Positions 18,366 through 27,329 of a stretch of 42,559 bases of DNA are shown here, in pieces. Position numbers and translations under genes: made by a program. The first letter of the stretch is position 1. Every line of letters begins with the position of its first letter. The notes below the pieces were generated by a model that was not told the origin of the DNA, searched no databases, and worked only from the letters and a program-made list of their open reading frames with translations. The DNA lies in the sequence record SRR20825019_475; one strand, written 5' to 3'.

Positions 18366-19709
18366 ATGAAGGGTCCTTTGTCACCTTACAGTTCGGGCTG
18401 GCGCAGCGGCGGCGGCGATCCGTCATTGGTGGACGTTCATCGCAGTGTGCCGGTGGCTGCAAAGGGATCGGTCTGGCGCCGGGCTACTGCTTTCTTCGGT
18501 CCCGGTTATCTCGTGGCAGTGGGGTATATGGACCCGGGCAATTGGGCGACATCGCTGGCCGGGGGGTCACGCTTCGGCTACACGTTACTTGTCGTGGCCT
18601 TGGTCTCCAACGTAATGGCCATCATCCTGCAATCGCTCTGTGCCCGCTTGGCTATCGGTTCGGGCCGTGACTTGGCTAGAGCCTGCCGTGACGCTTTTCC
18701 GCTCCCGGTGGGCTTCGTGCTCTGGATCATGGCGGAGATCGCTATTGTAGCCACAGACATCGCCGAGGTGATCGGTACGGCAATTGGGCTCAATCTTTTG
18801 TTCGGTATCCCGCTTGAGCTCGGCGTAGTTATTACTGCGCTCGATGTGTTCCTTATTCTCTATCTGCAAAGGTTGGGATTCCGCTGGGTCGAGGCACTGA
18901 TAATTGCTCTCCTCGCCGTCATTGCGGTCTGCTTCGTGATACAGATCGCTCTCGCCGACCCAAATTGGAGCGATGTCATTCGCGGTTTTGCGCCGACCAC
19001 AGAAATCCTAACAAATCCGGACATGCTCTATCTGGCCCTGGGCATTCTCGGGGCCACGGTGATGCCCCATAATCTGTATCTGCACTCGGCCATCGTGCAA
19101 ACCCGCGATTACGGAGATAGCCTCCCCGAGAAACGCGAAGCACTGAAATTCGCCACGATCGATTCCACTGTGGCGTTGATGTTTGCACTGCTGGTCAACG
19201 CGTCCATCCTCATCCTAGCAGCGGCCACCTTTCACACGACCGGGCGCACGGAAGTTGCCGAAATTGGAGAGGCGCATGCATTGCTCGCGCCCATGCTCGG
19301 CGCCGCGATTGCGCCTACGCTGTTCGCCGTGGCGCTCCTATGCTCAGGGATCAACTCCACGGTGACGGCGACGCTGGCTGGGCAGATCGTCATGGAAGGG
19401 TTCTTGCGGTTTCGAATGGCACCATGGCTAAGAAGGCTGGTCACTCGCATCTTGGCGATCGCTCCCGCCGCTTTGGTCACCATATGGTATGGCGAGAGCG
19501 GAACAGCCCAGTTGCTTATCCTCAGCCAAGTTGTGCTCAGCATGCAGCTTTCATTTGCGGTGATCCCGCTCGTCCTCTTCACTGCTGATCGACGGAAGAT
19601 GGGAAGCTTAGTTGCACCGTTTTGGCTGATAGTGGTTTCTGGCCTCATCGCCATCACTATTGCAGGTCTTAATTTGAAGCTTTTGTGGGATTTCAGCAGA
19701 GGAGGCTAA
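18366..19709 (+). CDS. mntH: Nramp-family divalent metal (Mn2+) transporter
   Basis: [36 protein letters not shown]. Start trimmed to ATG 18366. Confidence 0.95.
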   Translation: MKGPLSPYSSGWRSGGGDPSLVDVHRSVPVAAKGSVWRRATAFFGPGYLVAVGYMDPGNWATSLAGGSRFGYTLLVVALVSNVMAIILQSLCARLAIGSGRDLARACRDAFPLPVGFVLWIMAEIAIVATDIAEVIGTAIGLNLLFGIPLELGVVITALDVFLILYLQRLGFRWVEALIIALLAVIAVCFVIQIALADPNWSDVIRGFAPTTEILTNPDMLYLALGILGATVMPHNLYLHSAIVQTRDYGDSLPEKREALKFATIDSTVALMFALLVNASILILAAATFHTTGRTEVAEIGEAHALLAPMLGAAIAPTLFAVALLCSGINSTVTATLAGQIVMEGFLRFRMAPWLRRLVTRILAIAPAALVTIWYGESGTAQLLILSQVVLSMQLSFAVIPLVLFTADRRKMGSLVAPFWLIVVSGLIAITIAGLNLKLLWDFSRGG

Positions 19710-19778
19710 CATGGAAAGAAAGTTCTTGAGTTGACCCGAAGTTTGGCCAGCCGTTTACGTCGCAGTGCCACCCCTTGA

Positions 19779-20024
19779 TCCGAGATCGTCTAGCGCCTCA
19801 CTGGGAGCAATGGCCATTTGAAGGGCGTTGTTGAGATTGAGGCAGGACGACCCTGTCTCGATGTTGCCCGGCAACTTTTTCCATTGGAGAAGGGCGTGGT
19901 GCAGGCAAAAAAGACACCGATCCACGACCGCCTGGATCACTGTCTTGAGGACCTGGACGGGCCATTGAGCCAGGAGCCTCAGCGCCCGATAGACGAGTCC
20001 AAGGAAATAGTGAAGTATCTTTGA
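19779..20024 (+). pseudogene. Decayed CsoR/RcnR-family (NreA-like) metal-sensing repressor
   Basis: SEIV*RLTGSNGHLKGVVEIEAGRPCLDVARQL...IHDRLDHCLE...EIVKYL. In-frame TAG at 19791 (and TGA at 19776), no start codon, and expected His positions altered. Confidence 0.75.
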
Positions 20025-20089
20025 TATTCACGGTTCCCGGCTGACCGTGGCTGGGGTCTAAAATACGTTCTGCTTACGGCTGTGACCTG

Positions 20090-20460
20090 ATTGCCGGTTG
20101 CGGCGAGAAGCTCGGCAAAAGCTGCGGCGGTTTGATAGCAAAGCGAGGAGTGCGGCCCGCGTCGCAACGAGATCCTCCACCCGTTCGGCCATGGCGCTGC
20201 AAGTATAGTCGAGGCCGAAAGGACAGGCTCTCACTCAAGAGCCCGTCCCGAATCCCCCCTAAAGCTCTCGACGTACCGTTCTGCATCGGCTTGCTCGGCG
20301 CGATGTAGCTTTATTCGACGCCATAGTCCTCCCATCGAGCCAGGTTTGCGTTCGAGCTCTTCTTCCCGGTAGAGCCGATGGATGCGGTTGATCCCTGACA
20401 TCTCGCCCTCACGCCGCAGCAGGATGAGCAGTCAACGATAGCCGAACCGGCAGCTGGCTC
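20090..20460 (-). mobile_element. IS3-family transposase (OrfB) relic with stops, frameshifts and an internal deletion
   Basis: Minus-strand fragments RFGYR*LLILLRREGEMSGINRIHRLYREE, DYGVE*SYIAPSKPMQNG/VESF, IRDGLLSESL and PHSSLCYQTAAAFA match the IS3 HTH_21 and rve_3 regions. Confidence 0.8.
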
Positions 20461-20464
20461 GGTT

Positions 20465-21568
20465 CTAAATCTCGAAGTTCCGCAACCTTTCCCCGGCAGA
20501 CAGAAAAGGTCGCGGATCAATGGCACCGTTCTGGTCACGCACCTCGAAGTGCAGATGTGGGCCTGTCGACCGCCCCGTGGAGCCCACCAAGGCAATCTGC
20601 ATGTGCGCCTCGACCTCGTCACCCTCTTCTACCGTAGCTTGAGACAGATGCGGATAACGGGATATCAGGCCGGAAGGGTGCATGATCTCGACGACCCTAC
20701 CGTAGTCTCCCTTCCAGCCGACAAACGTCACAATTCCCCGTCCCGCACTTCGCACCGGTGTACCGGTCGGCGCGGGAAAATCCATACCGGAATGAAAGGC
20801 GCTCCGGCCAGTAAAAGGGTCCTGCCGCGTACCGAAGCCCGAGCTGATCCGTGACGTTTCGAGAGGATGATGGATAGGCACGTCATCCATCGCACGAAGC
20901 GCGTCATGAAAGCGATCCAACGCCTCAATGGTCTGGCCGATATCGATAAAGCCAGCGTCGGCGCGTTCAACAGCAGGAAAAAAAGGCCCGCCTCGAGCGA
21001 GGTCGACTATCCCCGGCGCATATCCGACACCCCCAAGCTCGGCGATGATCGTGTGGGTCGAGCGATTCACGGCGTCGGACAGGAACGCTACTGCCGCGAT
21101 CAGCTCACGCTCCATAATCCGAAGTTCACTGTCTACTACATTAAGTTCGTCGACATTGTTAATTATTCTCTGTCGCCCAGCGGGCTGCGTGTCGAGCGAC
21201 ACAATGCCCAAATCTGCAATTGTTTCCGCGACCGCCATCACTGGACGAAGCTGCTCTCCGATCTGCTCCTGCAAATCTGAAATTTCTTGAATTCTAGTGG
21301 CGGAGCTGCCGGCAGTTAAGATTTCGCGGGACCGTAATCGCTCGACAGCGGAATTAAGTTGGCTGATCCGATGGCCATAGGCGGCCGATATCTCTGTTCG
21401 CGTATCCCACAATTCCACTATGCCTGTGCTACGAAGCAACATGGATACGGTCATGCTGTTCGTGACCAGCAGACTACCAAGCACCACCCAGTGAACAAGA
21501 CGAATCTGCATAACTGCTGGGTGTCCGATGGACCGATCTAAGCTACGACTTCGAGTATCGCTAGCCAT
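20465..21568 (-). CDS. Second M23 metallo-endopeptidase (TM, coiled coil, LytM domain)
   Basis: SSGFGTRQDPF, FHSGMDF, GSTGRSTGPHLHFEV. Visibly lower GC than its neighbours. Confidence 0.88.
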   Translation of the reverse strand: MASDTRSRSLDRSIGHPAVMQIRLVHWVVLGSLLVTNSMTVSMLLRSTGIVELWDTRTEISAAYGHRISQLNSAVERLRSREILTAGSSATRIQEISDLQEQIGEQLRPVMAVAETIADLGIVSLDTQPAGRQRIINNVDELNVVDSELRIMERELIAAVAFLSDAVNRSTHTIIAELGGVGYAPGIVDLARGGPFFPAVERADAGFIDIGQTIEALDRFHDALRAMDDVPIHHPLETSRISSGFGTRQDPFTGRSAFHSGMDFPAPTGTPVRSAGRGIVTFVGWKGDYGRVVEIMHPSGLISRYPHLSQATVEEGDEVEAHMQIALVGSTGRSTGPHLHFEVRDQNGAIDPRPFLSAGERLRNFEI

Positions 21569-21628
21569 GGTTAACAAACCAGAAATCGTGCCCGCACGGG
21601 CCGCTCACCGGGTGCTCAGGCCGGAGCG

Positions 21629-21922
21629 CTAGTACTCGTCCGGATCGTTCTTTTGGGCGTACTCCACCCCGGGCACGCCTCCGTCCAAACCCAGGAAGAC
21701 GATACCCTCCGCTTCGAGAGCGTCCCGTACAGCCTGAATGCTCGCCGGCGTGACGCGGTCGTCGCCGGTTTCGATCGCCGCTACTGTGCGTCGAGCGATG
21801 CCGCTTCGTTCGGCCAGTATCTGCTGGGACCAATCCAGCAAAGCCCGGGCGGCTCTTATCTGCGCGGCATTGGGTTGGGCAAGGGTCAAGCTCGAGGTCC
21901 GTCGAATCGATTCCAAGGGCAT
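21629..21922 (-). CDS. XRE-family HTH transcriptional regulator
   Basis: AQIRAARALLDWSQQILAERSGIARRTVAAIETG...ALEAEGIVF. Start trimmed to MPLESIR. Confidence 0.88.
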   Translation of the reverse strand: MPLESIRRTSSLTLAQPNAAQIRAARALLDWSQQILAERSGIARRTVAAIETGDDRVTPASIQAVRDALEAEGIVFLGLDGGVPGVEYAQKNDPDEY

Positions 21923-21989
21923 CTTACCGCCACCATACGGCTCGTGTTGCACAAAATGTGCAAATGGACTTGACAAAGCCTGGCTGTTC

Positions 21990-22004
21990 CTATAGTGACT
22001 AGAG
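21990..22004 (+). promoter_or_regulatory. Third CadR/PbrR-type dyad, overlapping a TTGACA...TATAGT promoter candidate
   Basis: CTATAGTGACTAGAG versus CTATAGTAGCTAGAG at the ATPase promoter (13/15, both arms identical). TTGACA at 21970-21975. Confidence 0.55.
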
Positions 22005-22130
22005 TTATGGAAGCTGCGTGCGTTCACAGAAGGTGAACGCCGATCAAGACCTTCCCTCTCTCGTGCTCTTGCGCACGACCTCCCAGTTTCAGCGTCAGAG
22101 GACTTGTCCTAAAAGACAAGGAGAAGGTTC

Positions 22131-22658
22131 ATGCATCATCCTGTTGCCGTCATGGCTCGTGAAGAAGCCGATCGCTCCGAAGCGCGTTCACGGCAGTTGC
22201 GCCGTCGCCTCTCCGGTCAGCTGTTCAACATCCTCGGGGAATCGAAAGAGGTCGTGGTGGTCGGTAGCGATCCGCTCCTCGTCCACTACACCCGGGCGGA
22301 GGGCTTGGATCCGGAATCGTTGGCCGCCTGCCAGATCCTGATCGACGGAGCGCCGGTCACGATCGTAGGTGTTCCCAATCGCATCTGGTACGGCTCCGTC
22401 ATGCGGGACGTCCATCGCGTCAAGCGGAACATGTTGGCCTCCGGCAGGTCTTGCATTCTCGTGCCCCAGCGCGCGCTCGAAGGAATTGCGAGGCTGCACT
22501 CCCGCCCGATCGCGGAGCGTGATCCGCAAATCCTCCTGCAGGCGATACGTACGGCTCCGCTCCTGCGCGATATCGATGCCTGCCGGTACGGGCGAGGCCA
22601 TGACCCGGTCGGCTGCCTCGCCGTCGAACTCGCGACCGGTACGCCCTGCCTGGGTTGA
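22131..22658 (+). CDS. Hypothetical protein, paralog of the next ORF (degenerate TnsA-like fold suspected)
   Basis: AGGAGAAGG RBS. Gapless 56-aa alignment to 22845-23456 (GLxP..L...V.VP.R......M......K......GR...LVP). Confidence 0.7.
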   Translation: MHHPVAVMAREEADRSEARSRQLRRRLSGQLFNILGESKEVVVVGSDPLLVHYTRAEGLDPESLAACQILIDGAPVTIVGVPNRIWYGSVMRDVHRVKRNMLASGRSCILVPQRALEGIARLHSRPIAERDPQILLQAIRTAPLLRDIDACRYGRGHDPVGCLAVELATGTPCLG

Positions 22659-22844
22659 GACCAAGCCTCATCACCGCGATACGCCACTATGTCCTTTCGC
22701 TGACCTATACCCAGCGAGGTGGCGGAGCTTTGGCCTGACCTCGGCCACAAGCACCTGACGCCTACCGAATTCCGCCACCTTCGATCGGCGGCTCGCCGGT
22801 CCGATCAAGTTTAACCCAATTCCGACGAACCAAGGAGATGTCCC

Positions 22845-23456
22845 ATGCTGGAGGCCAATTCCGCTCGCGTGCAATCCGAACCCTGCAAATGGCGTTCGCA
22901 ACAGGAAAGGGAGGGGAAATCCCTGCGCCGTGCCGCCGAGGCGCTCGTCATGGCGTATCCCGGCATCCGTCGCTTGCCGGATGATCACGGCATCGAGGAA
23001 ACCGCAGCCGAACTGGGGCTCGAACCTCACGAACTCGTGGTGGTGCCTGTGGCTGTCGGCCATCGCGCGGTGGACCTCGTGGTGGTGCCCACCCGGACGA
23101 GGCGTCGGGGTGGAATGCTCCTCTTCTTCGAATTGAAAGCCTCTGCGGAGACGATCGGTCGTACCGTGGTCCTGGTACCGGAGAGCTTCGTCCGTCGCGA
23201 GCCCCGCTTGACCAACGCCTTCGTCATCGCAGAGGCGGCGCAGGCCGCCGTGGGCGCGACCGATCGTATGAGGATGCTTGTTCATCTCATCGAGAACGGC
23301 GGCAGCGCGCCCCTGCTCGACCTAGCGGGCCTGGTCAGCAGCGCCGATCCGGTGGCGGGAGTGCTGGGACTGGTCGTGGAGGGCGGTCTGCACATGGACC
23401 TCGACGCCAGGCTTATGCCTTCCAATCAGGTCCACCTGGTGGAGCCGGGCCTATGA
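22845..23456 (+). CDS. Hypothetical protein resembling TnsA without the PD-(D/E)xK catalytic motif
   Basis: AAGGAG RBS. C-terminal half (VPESFVRREPRLTNA...GLHMDLDARLMPSNQV) parallels the TnsA C-terminus in this window (LLCIDIAGRLAPESMV). Confidence 0.7.
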   Translation: MLEANSARVQSEPCKWRSQQEREGKSLRRAAEALVMAYPGIRRLPDDHGIEETAAELGLEPHELVVVPVAVGHRAVDLVVVPTRTRRRGGMLLFFELKASAETIGRTVVLVPESFVRREPRLTNAFVIAEAAQAAVGATDRMRMLVHLIENGGSAPLLDLAGLVSSADPVAGVLGLVVEGGLHMDLDARLMPSNQVHLVEPGL

Positions 23457-23794
23457 GCGGTGACAACGGCGACCCCGTCGACTTCCTGGGGGCCGACCCT
23501 TTGGCGACCGCCGAGCTGCTGGAGGACCTGGCCGCTGACCTTCGCGGCCTTGCCGCCGGCTCTCTTCCCTCGCCCGGGCGCCTGCGGGAAGCACCGCATC
23601 TCCGGCGCTGGGGCTTCGCGCCGAGGAGCGCGCTCTGCCTGGCAGGCACGGCATACGGCCACCCGCGGATCGTCGCCGGCAGGGAATGCGTGACGTCCGA
23701 GATCTTCGCGATCGCCCGGGACCGCAGTTGGGCAAGGACCCTATCGCGCTACTACCAATTGGGTCCTCCGAAGGTCTTCGGCCTGGACGAGTGA
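23453..23794 (+). CDS. DUF6634-like protein
   Basis: CLAGTAYGHPRI...VTSEIFAI...WARTLSRYYQLG pattern, family recalled from memory. ATGA-coupled to the previous ORF. Confidence 0.7.
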   Translation: MSGDNGDPVDFLGADPLATAELLEDLAADLRGLAAGSLPSPGRLREAPHLRRWGFAPRSALCLAGTAYGHPRIVAGRECVTSEIFAIARDRSWARTLSRYYQLGPPKVFGLDE

Positions 23795-23809
23795 GCAGAG
23801 GTGCCAGGC

Positions 23810-25798
23810 ATGTTCGACCACGACGAAGACGATTTCCCTTTTCAGCACGGAGACGACGAGATGACGATCGGCAGGAAGGATGAGGGACTGACGGTCCGGC
23901 AGGCGCTGGCCGAACTGGCGGTGAAAGGTGCGATCTCGACGGATCTGCGCAAGTCCTTGATCAAGGGGGAACTGCGCTCGATCGTGCTGGTCGTGCCGTC
24001 CGCCGAGTGGACCAACATGGCCGGAGGAGCGGTGGAGGATATTCACGACCGCATCTACGCGTTCTGCAAGGCTTCGGGGAAGAAAGAAGCGGAGGACGCC
24101 AGTGCCATCAACAAGGCCCTTGCTGCCGGCAGGACGGTCGTGGCCGTGACGCCGTCCGTGCGGACGTTGCCGGCGATCTTCAAGACGGTCGCATCGGAGA
24201 CCATCGAGGTCCCGCCGCCAAGCGCAGCTCTGGTGGCCCAATTGGTCCGCAGGTTCTCGGTGGGTCGCTTGCCATCCTCCTTTTCGAGGCTCGACACCTC
24301 GGTCCTCGACTTCGACGAGCTGTGCGGGCTTGTGGAGAAGGGCGCCGACGCCGCGGTGACGGCGGAACGCATCGCCAATGCCATCTCGGCGAAAACGCGC
24401 ACGGCTCGTGTCGGCGAAACCCTGCCGGATCTGGAGGTGGCGGTCGAATTCGGCGATGCGCGGCTATGGGCGATCGATCTCAAGCAGGATCTGTCCGATA
24501 TCAAAGCCGGGATCATCGGCTGGTCGGAGGTGGACAAGGGCTGCGTCCTCCATGGACCGCCCGGGACGGGCAAGACCACATATGCCCGTGCGCTGGGCCA
24601 GTATCTCGGCATTCCCGTGGTTATCGGGAGCGTGTCGGAGCTGTTCGCGTCCAGCGCGGGATATCTGGATTCGGTGATCAAGGCCCAGCGAGCCCTTTTC
24701 GAGCGTGCGATGCAGCAGGCGCCGGCCGTCCTGTTCCTCGATGAGATCGACCAGATGCCGGATCTCGACCAGATCTCCCAGCGCGGCAAGGACTGGTGGA
24801 GCCCGGTGGTCGCCGACTTCCTTCAGTTGCTCGACAGTGCCGTGTCCGACAGGGATGGTCTGATCGTCATCGGCGCAACGAACCGCGTCGAGGCCCTGGC
24901 ACCGGCTTGCCTGCGTCCCGGGCGGCTGGAGCGCTCGATCTATCTGGGACCGCCCGACGAAACAGGAGCAGCGAGGGTCCTGCGTCATCACCTCGGGCCT
25001 TCTCTCGCCGATGCCGATCTCTCTCCCATGGCGAGCATCTGCTCGGCTCGCAGGATGACAGGGGCCGACATCATGGACCTCGTGAGATCGGCCAAGCGGC
25101 TGGCAAGGCGCGAGAAGCGCGAGATGTCGTTGTCCGATCTGACTGCGCGGCTCGTGCCGCCGTACGAATTGACCGAGGCCCAACGAAGTCGCGTGGCTCT
25201 GCACGAGGCAGGACATGCGGCCATCGCGGCCCTGCATTTTCCCGATCGGCTGGTGTCCGTCAGCATCGACCCCTTTGGCGGCGGCATCGCCTCGGGTGGT
25301 CACGTGCGAGTCGAAATCCCCGATGACCTTCTCGAGACGAAGTCCGACCTCGATCGGCGGGTGGAGATGCTGCTCGCGGGCCGAGCGGCCGAGATCGCCT
25401 TTCTAGGCGAGGCATCATCGGGATCGGGTGGTTCGGAGACCAGTGATCTCGGGCTCGCCATGCGAATGCTCGCGGCGGCGCATCTGTCGTTCGGCACTGC
25501 GGATGCCCCGCGTTGGCGATGCGAGCCCGAAAGGGCGATGGACATGCTGCGACTGGACCCTAGGACAATGTCCCAGGTCGAAACGGAGCTTGCGAAGCTG
25601 GCGGCGTCGGCCATCGACCTGGTGCGCTCCCGCCGAAGCGAGATCGAGACCTTGGCCGGCGAGCTCCTGTCCCGCTCTACGTTGTCGGCTGCGGAAGTGC
25701 TGACGATAGTGCGCAAGGGCGAATCGGCGTCCACGAACCTCGTATCGCGAAGGTTCGAATCGAACGAATCGACGCTGCCTTGGACCGAATCGGCGTGA
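23810..25798 (+). CDS. Soluble FtsH-like AAA+ ATPase / M41 zinc protease
   Basis: Walker A GPPGTGKT, Walker B LFLDE, SRH GATN...LRPGRLE, HEAGH, LAGRAAE, GGSETSD. No TM segment. Confidence 0.9.
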   Translation: MFDHDEDDFPFQHGDDEMTIGRKDEGLTVRQALAELAVKGAISTDLRKSLIKGELRSIVLVVPSAEWTNMAGGAVEDIHDRIYAFCKASGKKEAEDASAINKALAAGRTVVAVTPSVRTLPAIFKTVASETIEVPPPSAALVAQLVRRFSVGRLPSSFSRLDTSVLDFDELCGLVEKGADAAVTAERIANAISAKTRTARVGETLPDLEVAVEFGDARLWAIDLKQDLSDIKAGIIGWSEVDKGCVLHGPPGTGKTTYARALGQYLGIPVVIGSVSELFASSAGYLDSVIKAQRALFERAMQQAPAVLFLDEIDQMPDLDQISQRGKDWWSPVVADFLQLLDSAVSDRDGLIVIGATNRVEALAPACLRPGRLERSIYLGPPDETGAARVLRHHLGPSLADADLSPMASICSARRMTGADIMDLVRSAKRLARREKREMSLSDLTARLVPPYELTEAQRSRVALHEAGHAAIAALHFPDRLVSVSIDPFGGGIASGGHVRVEIPDDLLETKSDLDRRVEMLLAGRAAEIAFLGEASSGSGGSETSDLGLAMRMLAAAHLSFGTADAPRWRCEPERAMDMLRLDPRTMSQVETELAKLAASAIDLVRSRRSEIETLAGELLSRSTLSAAEVLTIVRKGESASTNLVSRRFESNESTLPWTESA

Positions 25799-26070
25799 CG
25801 TCTCAGCCCTTTGGGCGTGTGCCATCTCGCCGCTTTTCATTCCCGATCGGGAAAGTTTCTCGTGGCGACGAGCACGCAGAGGCCTTCCGAAGGAGGTGCA
25901 GTGCTGATTCTTTTTTGCCCTGGAAGAACGAGGGCGAAAATGACATCTGCGACCGTCGTGAACGGCGTCACGACATGCGATCGCGGGCAGTAATTTCCGG
26001 ACCGGGATCGCCTATTGACACAGCCGTGACGCAAACCCGAGGCTCTTAAACCATTACATTAAGAAACGCC

Positions 26071-26150
26071 CACAAGCCGAGTCATGACTCCGAAATCCGC
26101 CTCCGAATCAAACGGAGGGGGCTTGCGCACCGGTCGATTTGAGTCATGAT
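26071..26150. promoter_or_regulatory. GAGTCATGA sites upstream of tnsA resembling the transposon-end motif
   Basis: Palindrome GAGTCATGACTC at 26079-26090 and GAGTCATGAT at 26141-26150; compare GACTCATGATT at the element end. Confidence 0.45.
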
Positions 26151-26480
26151 CGTGAGGCTTCAACGTTGCCGACGTTTTCCAAGATACCGGTCGTTGGCGA
26201 AGGAAAGGTGAACGCAAAAACGGAAACGCCCCGGATTGCTCCAGGGCGTTAGAATACCGAGACCCGGCACGTGTTTGGAAAACACCAGGTCAATCCCACC
26301 GCCGAAAGGCGACAAATCGCTTGGAAAGGCCTGGCAGCCGATCCTAGCAAACGGAACGACCAAGGCCGTTCCCGCACACATAGGCCCGTCCCACAAAGAC
26401 AGGAACCACACACATGCACGGCGAGTATCCGCTGGGCGCCTTTTCGCGTCAAGCACTTTCCGGGCATGGAAGGAGAAACC

Positions 26481-27329
26481 ATGCCTAAGAGTATCAAGCC
26501 GCCGCGGCGCGGCGAACTGCTGTCTGATCAGCTTCTGCTCGAAGACCATCAGATCTTCGCCCGCATCTTCGTCGCCGAGGACGGCGGTCCTATCCGCACC
26601 CTGATCACCGGGCGCGAGCACCATGCCACGGGACGCTTCGTCTCGGTCAAGGCCGGGCACCGTGCGTTGCCTTGGGAATCGCTGCGCGGCGAACTGTCCG
26701 CGCTCGAACTGATGGAGGCGGCGCCTCCGGTCCATAGGATGATGGCGCAGCCGCACCGCCTTGAAATGATCATCGAGGGTGTTCCCGCGCCATTGGTGTT
26801 CTTCCCCGATCTGCGCCTGACCGTTGACGCACGCTTTGCGTCCGCACTGGCCGGTGGCGTACCGTTTCTGCTCGCCTGCGCCGAATGGCGTCCCGACGCG
26901 TCCACGGCGGGCGACACCCGCGAGTTGATCGTGGAGGTGAAGACCGCGAACGACCCGCGCAACGCCGATCCGGTCTACCAGTCAAAGCTCGCCTTGGCCG
27001 AGGAGGTCTACGGCAGGATTGGTTGGCAGTTCTTCCAATTCGTCGATCCCACCGGGCCCGGCTACTCCCGCATCGCCCATGCGGTGCGCGAGATCGTGCT
27101 CGACCACGACGTCATCGTCTCGCCCCATGAGGTGCATCTCGCCCAGAAGGCGCTGAGCGACGGCCCGACGACGCTGGATGCGGTCTTGGATGCTCTCGGC
27201 GGCAACGTGGCGGCCATCCAGAAGGCCTGCGCGCTTCATGTCCGCCGCCTGCTCTGCATCGACATCGCCGGACGGCTGGCGCCGGAGTCCATGGTGTTCC
27301 CTATGGGTTCGATCGGAGGCGCGGCATGA
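26481..27329 (+). CDS. tnsA: TnsA-like endonuclease of a Tn7-like transposon
   Basis: AGGAG RBS. TGRFVSVK, WESLRGE, AQP, FFPD, IVEVK (PD-(D/E)xK), and a C-terminal winged-helix-like region. Confidence 0.88.
   Translation: MPKSIKPPRRGELLSDQLLLEDHQIFARIFVAEDGGPIRTLITGREHHATGRFVSVKAGHRALPWESLRGELSALELMEAAPPVHRMMAQPHRLEMIIEGVPAPLVFFPDLRLTVDARFASALAGGVPFLLACAEWRPDASTAGDTRELIVEVKTANDPRNADPVYQSKLALAEEVYGRIGWQFFQFVDPTGPGYSRIAHAVREIVLDHDVIVSPHEVHLAQKALSDGPTTLDAVLDALGGNVAAIQKACALHVRRLLCIDIAGRLAPESMVFPMGSIGGAA

Noticed and set aside
23810-25798. Calling the AAA protease the housekeeping ftsH
   Set aside because: It has no TM or periplasmic domain, a divergent pore region and a mobile-element context.
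26046-26062. TTAA...TTAA as a CtrA site upstream of tnsA
   Set aside because: The spacing is 9 nt, not 7.
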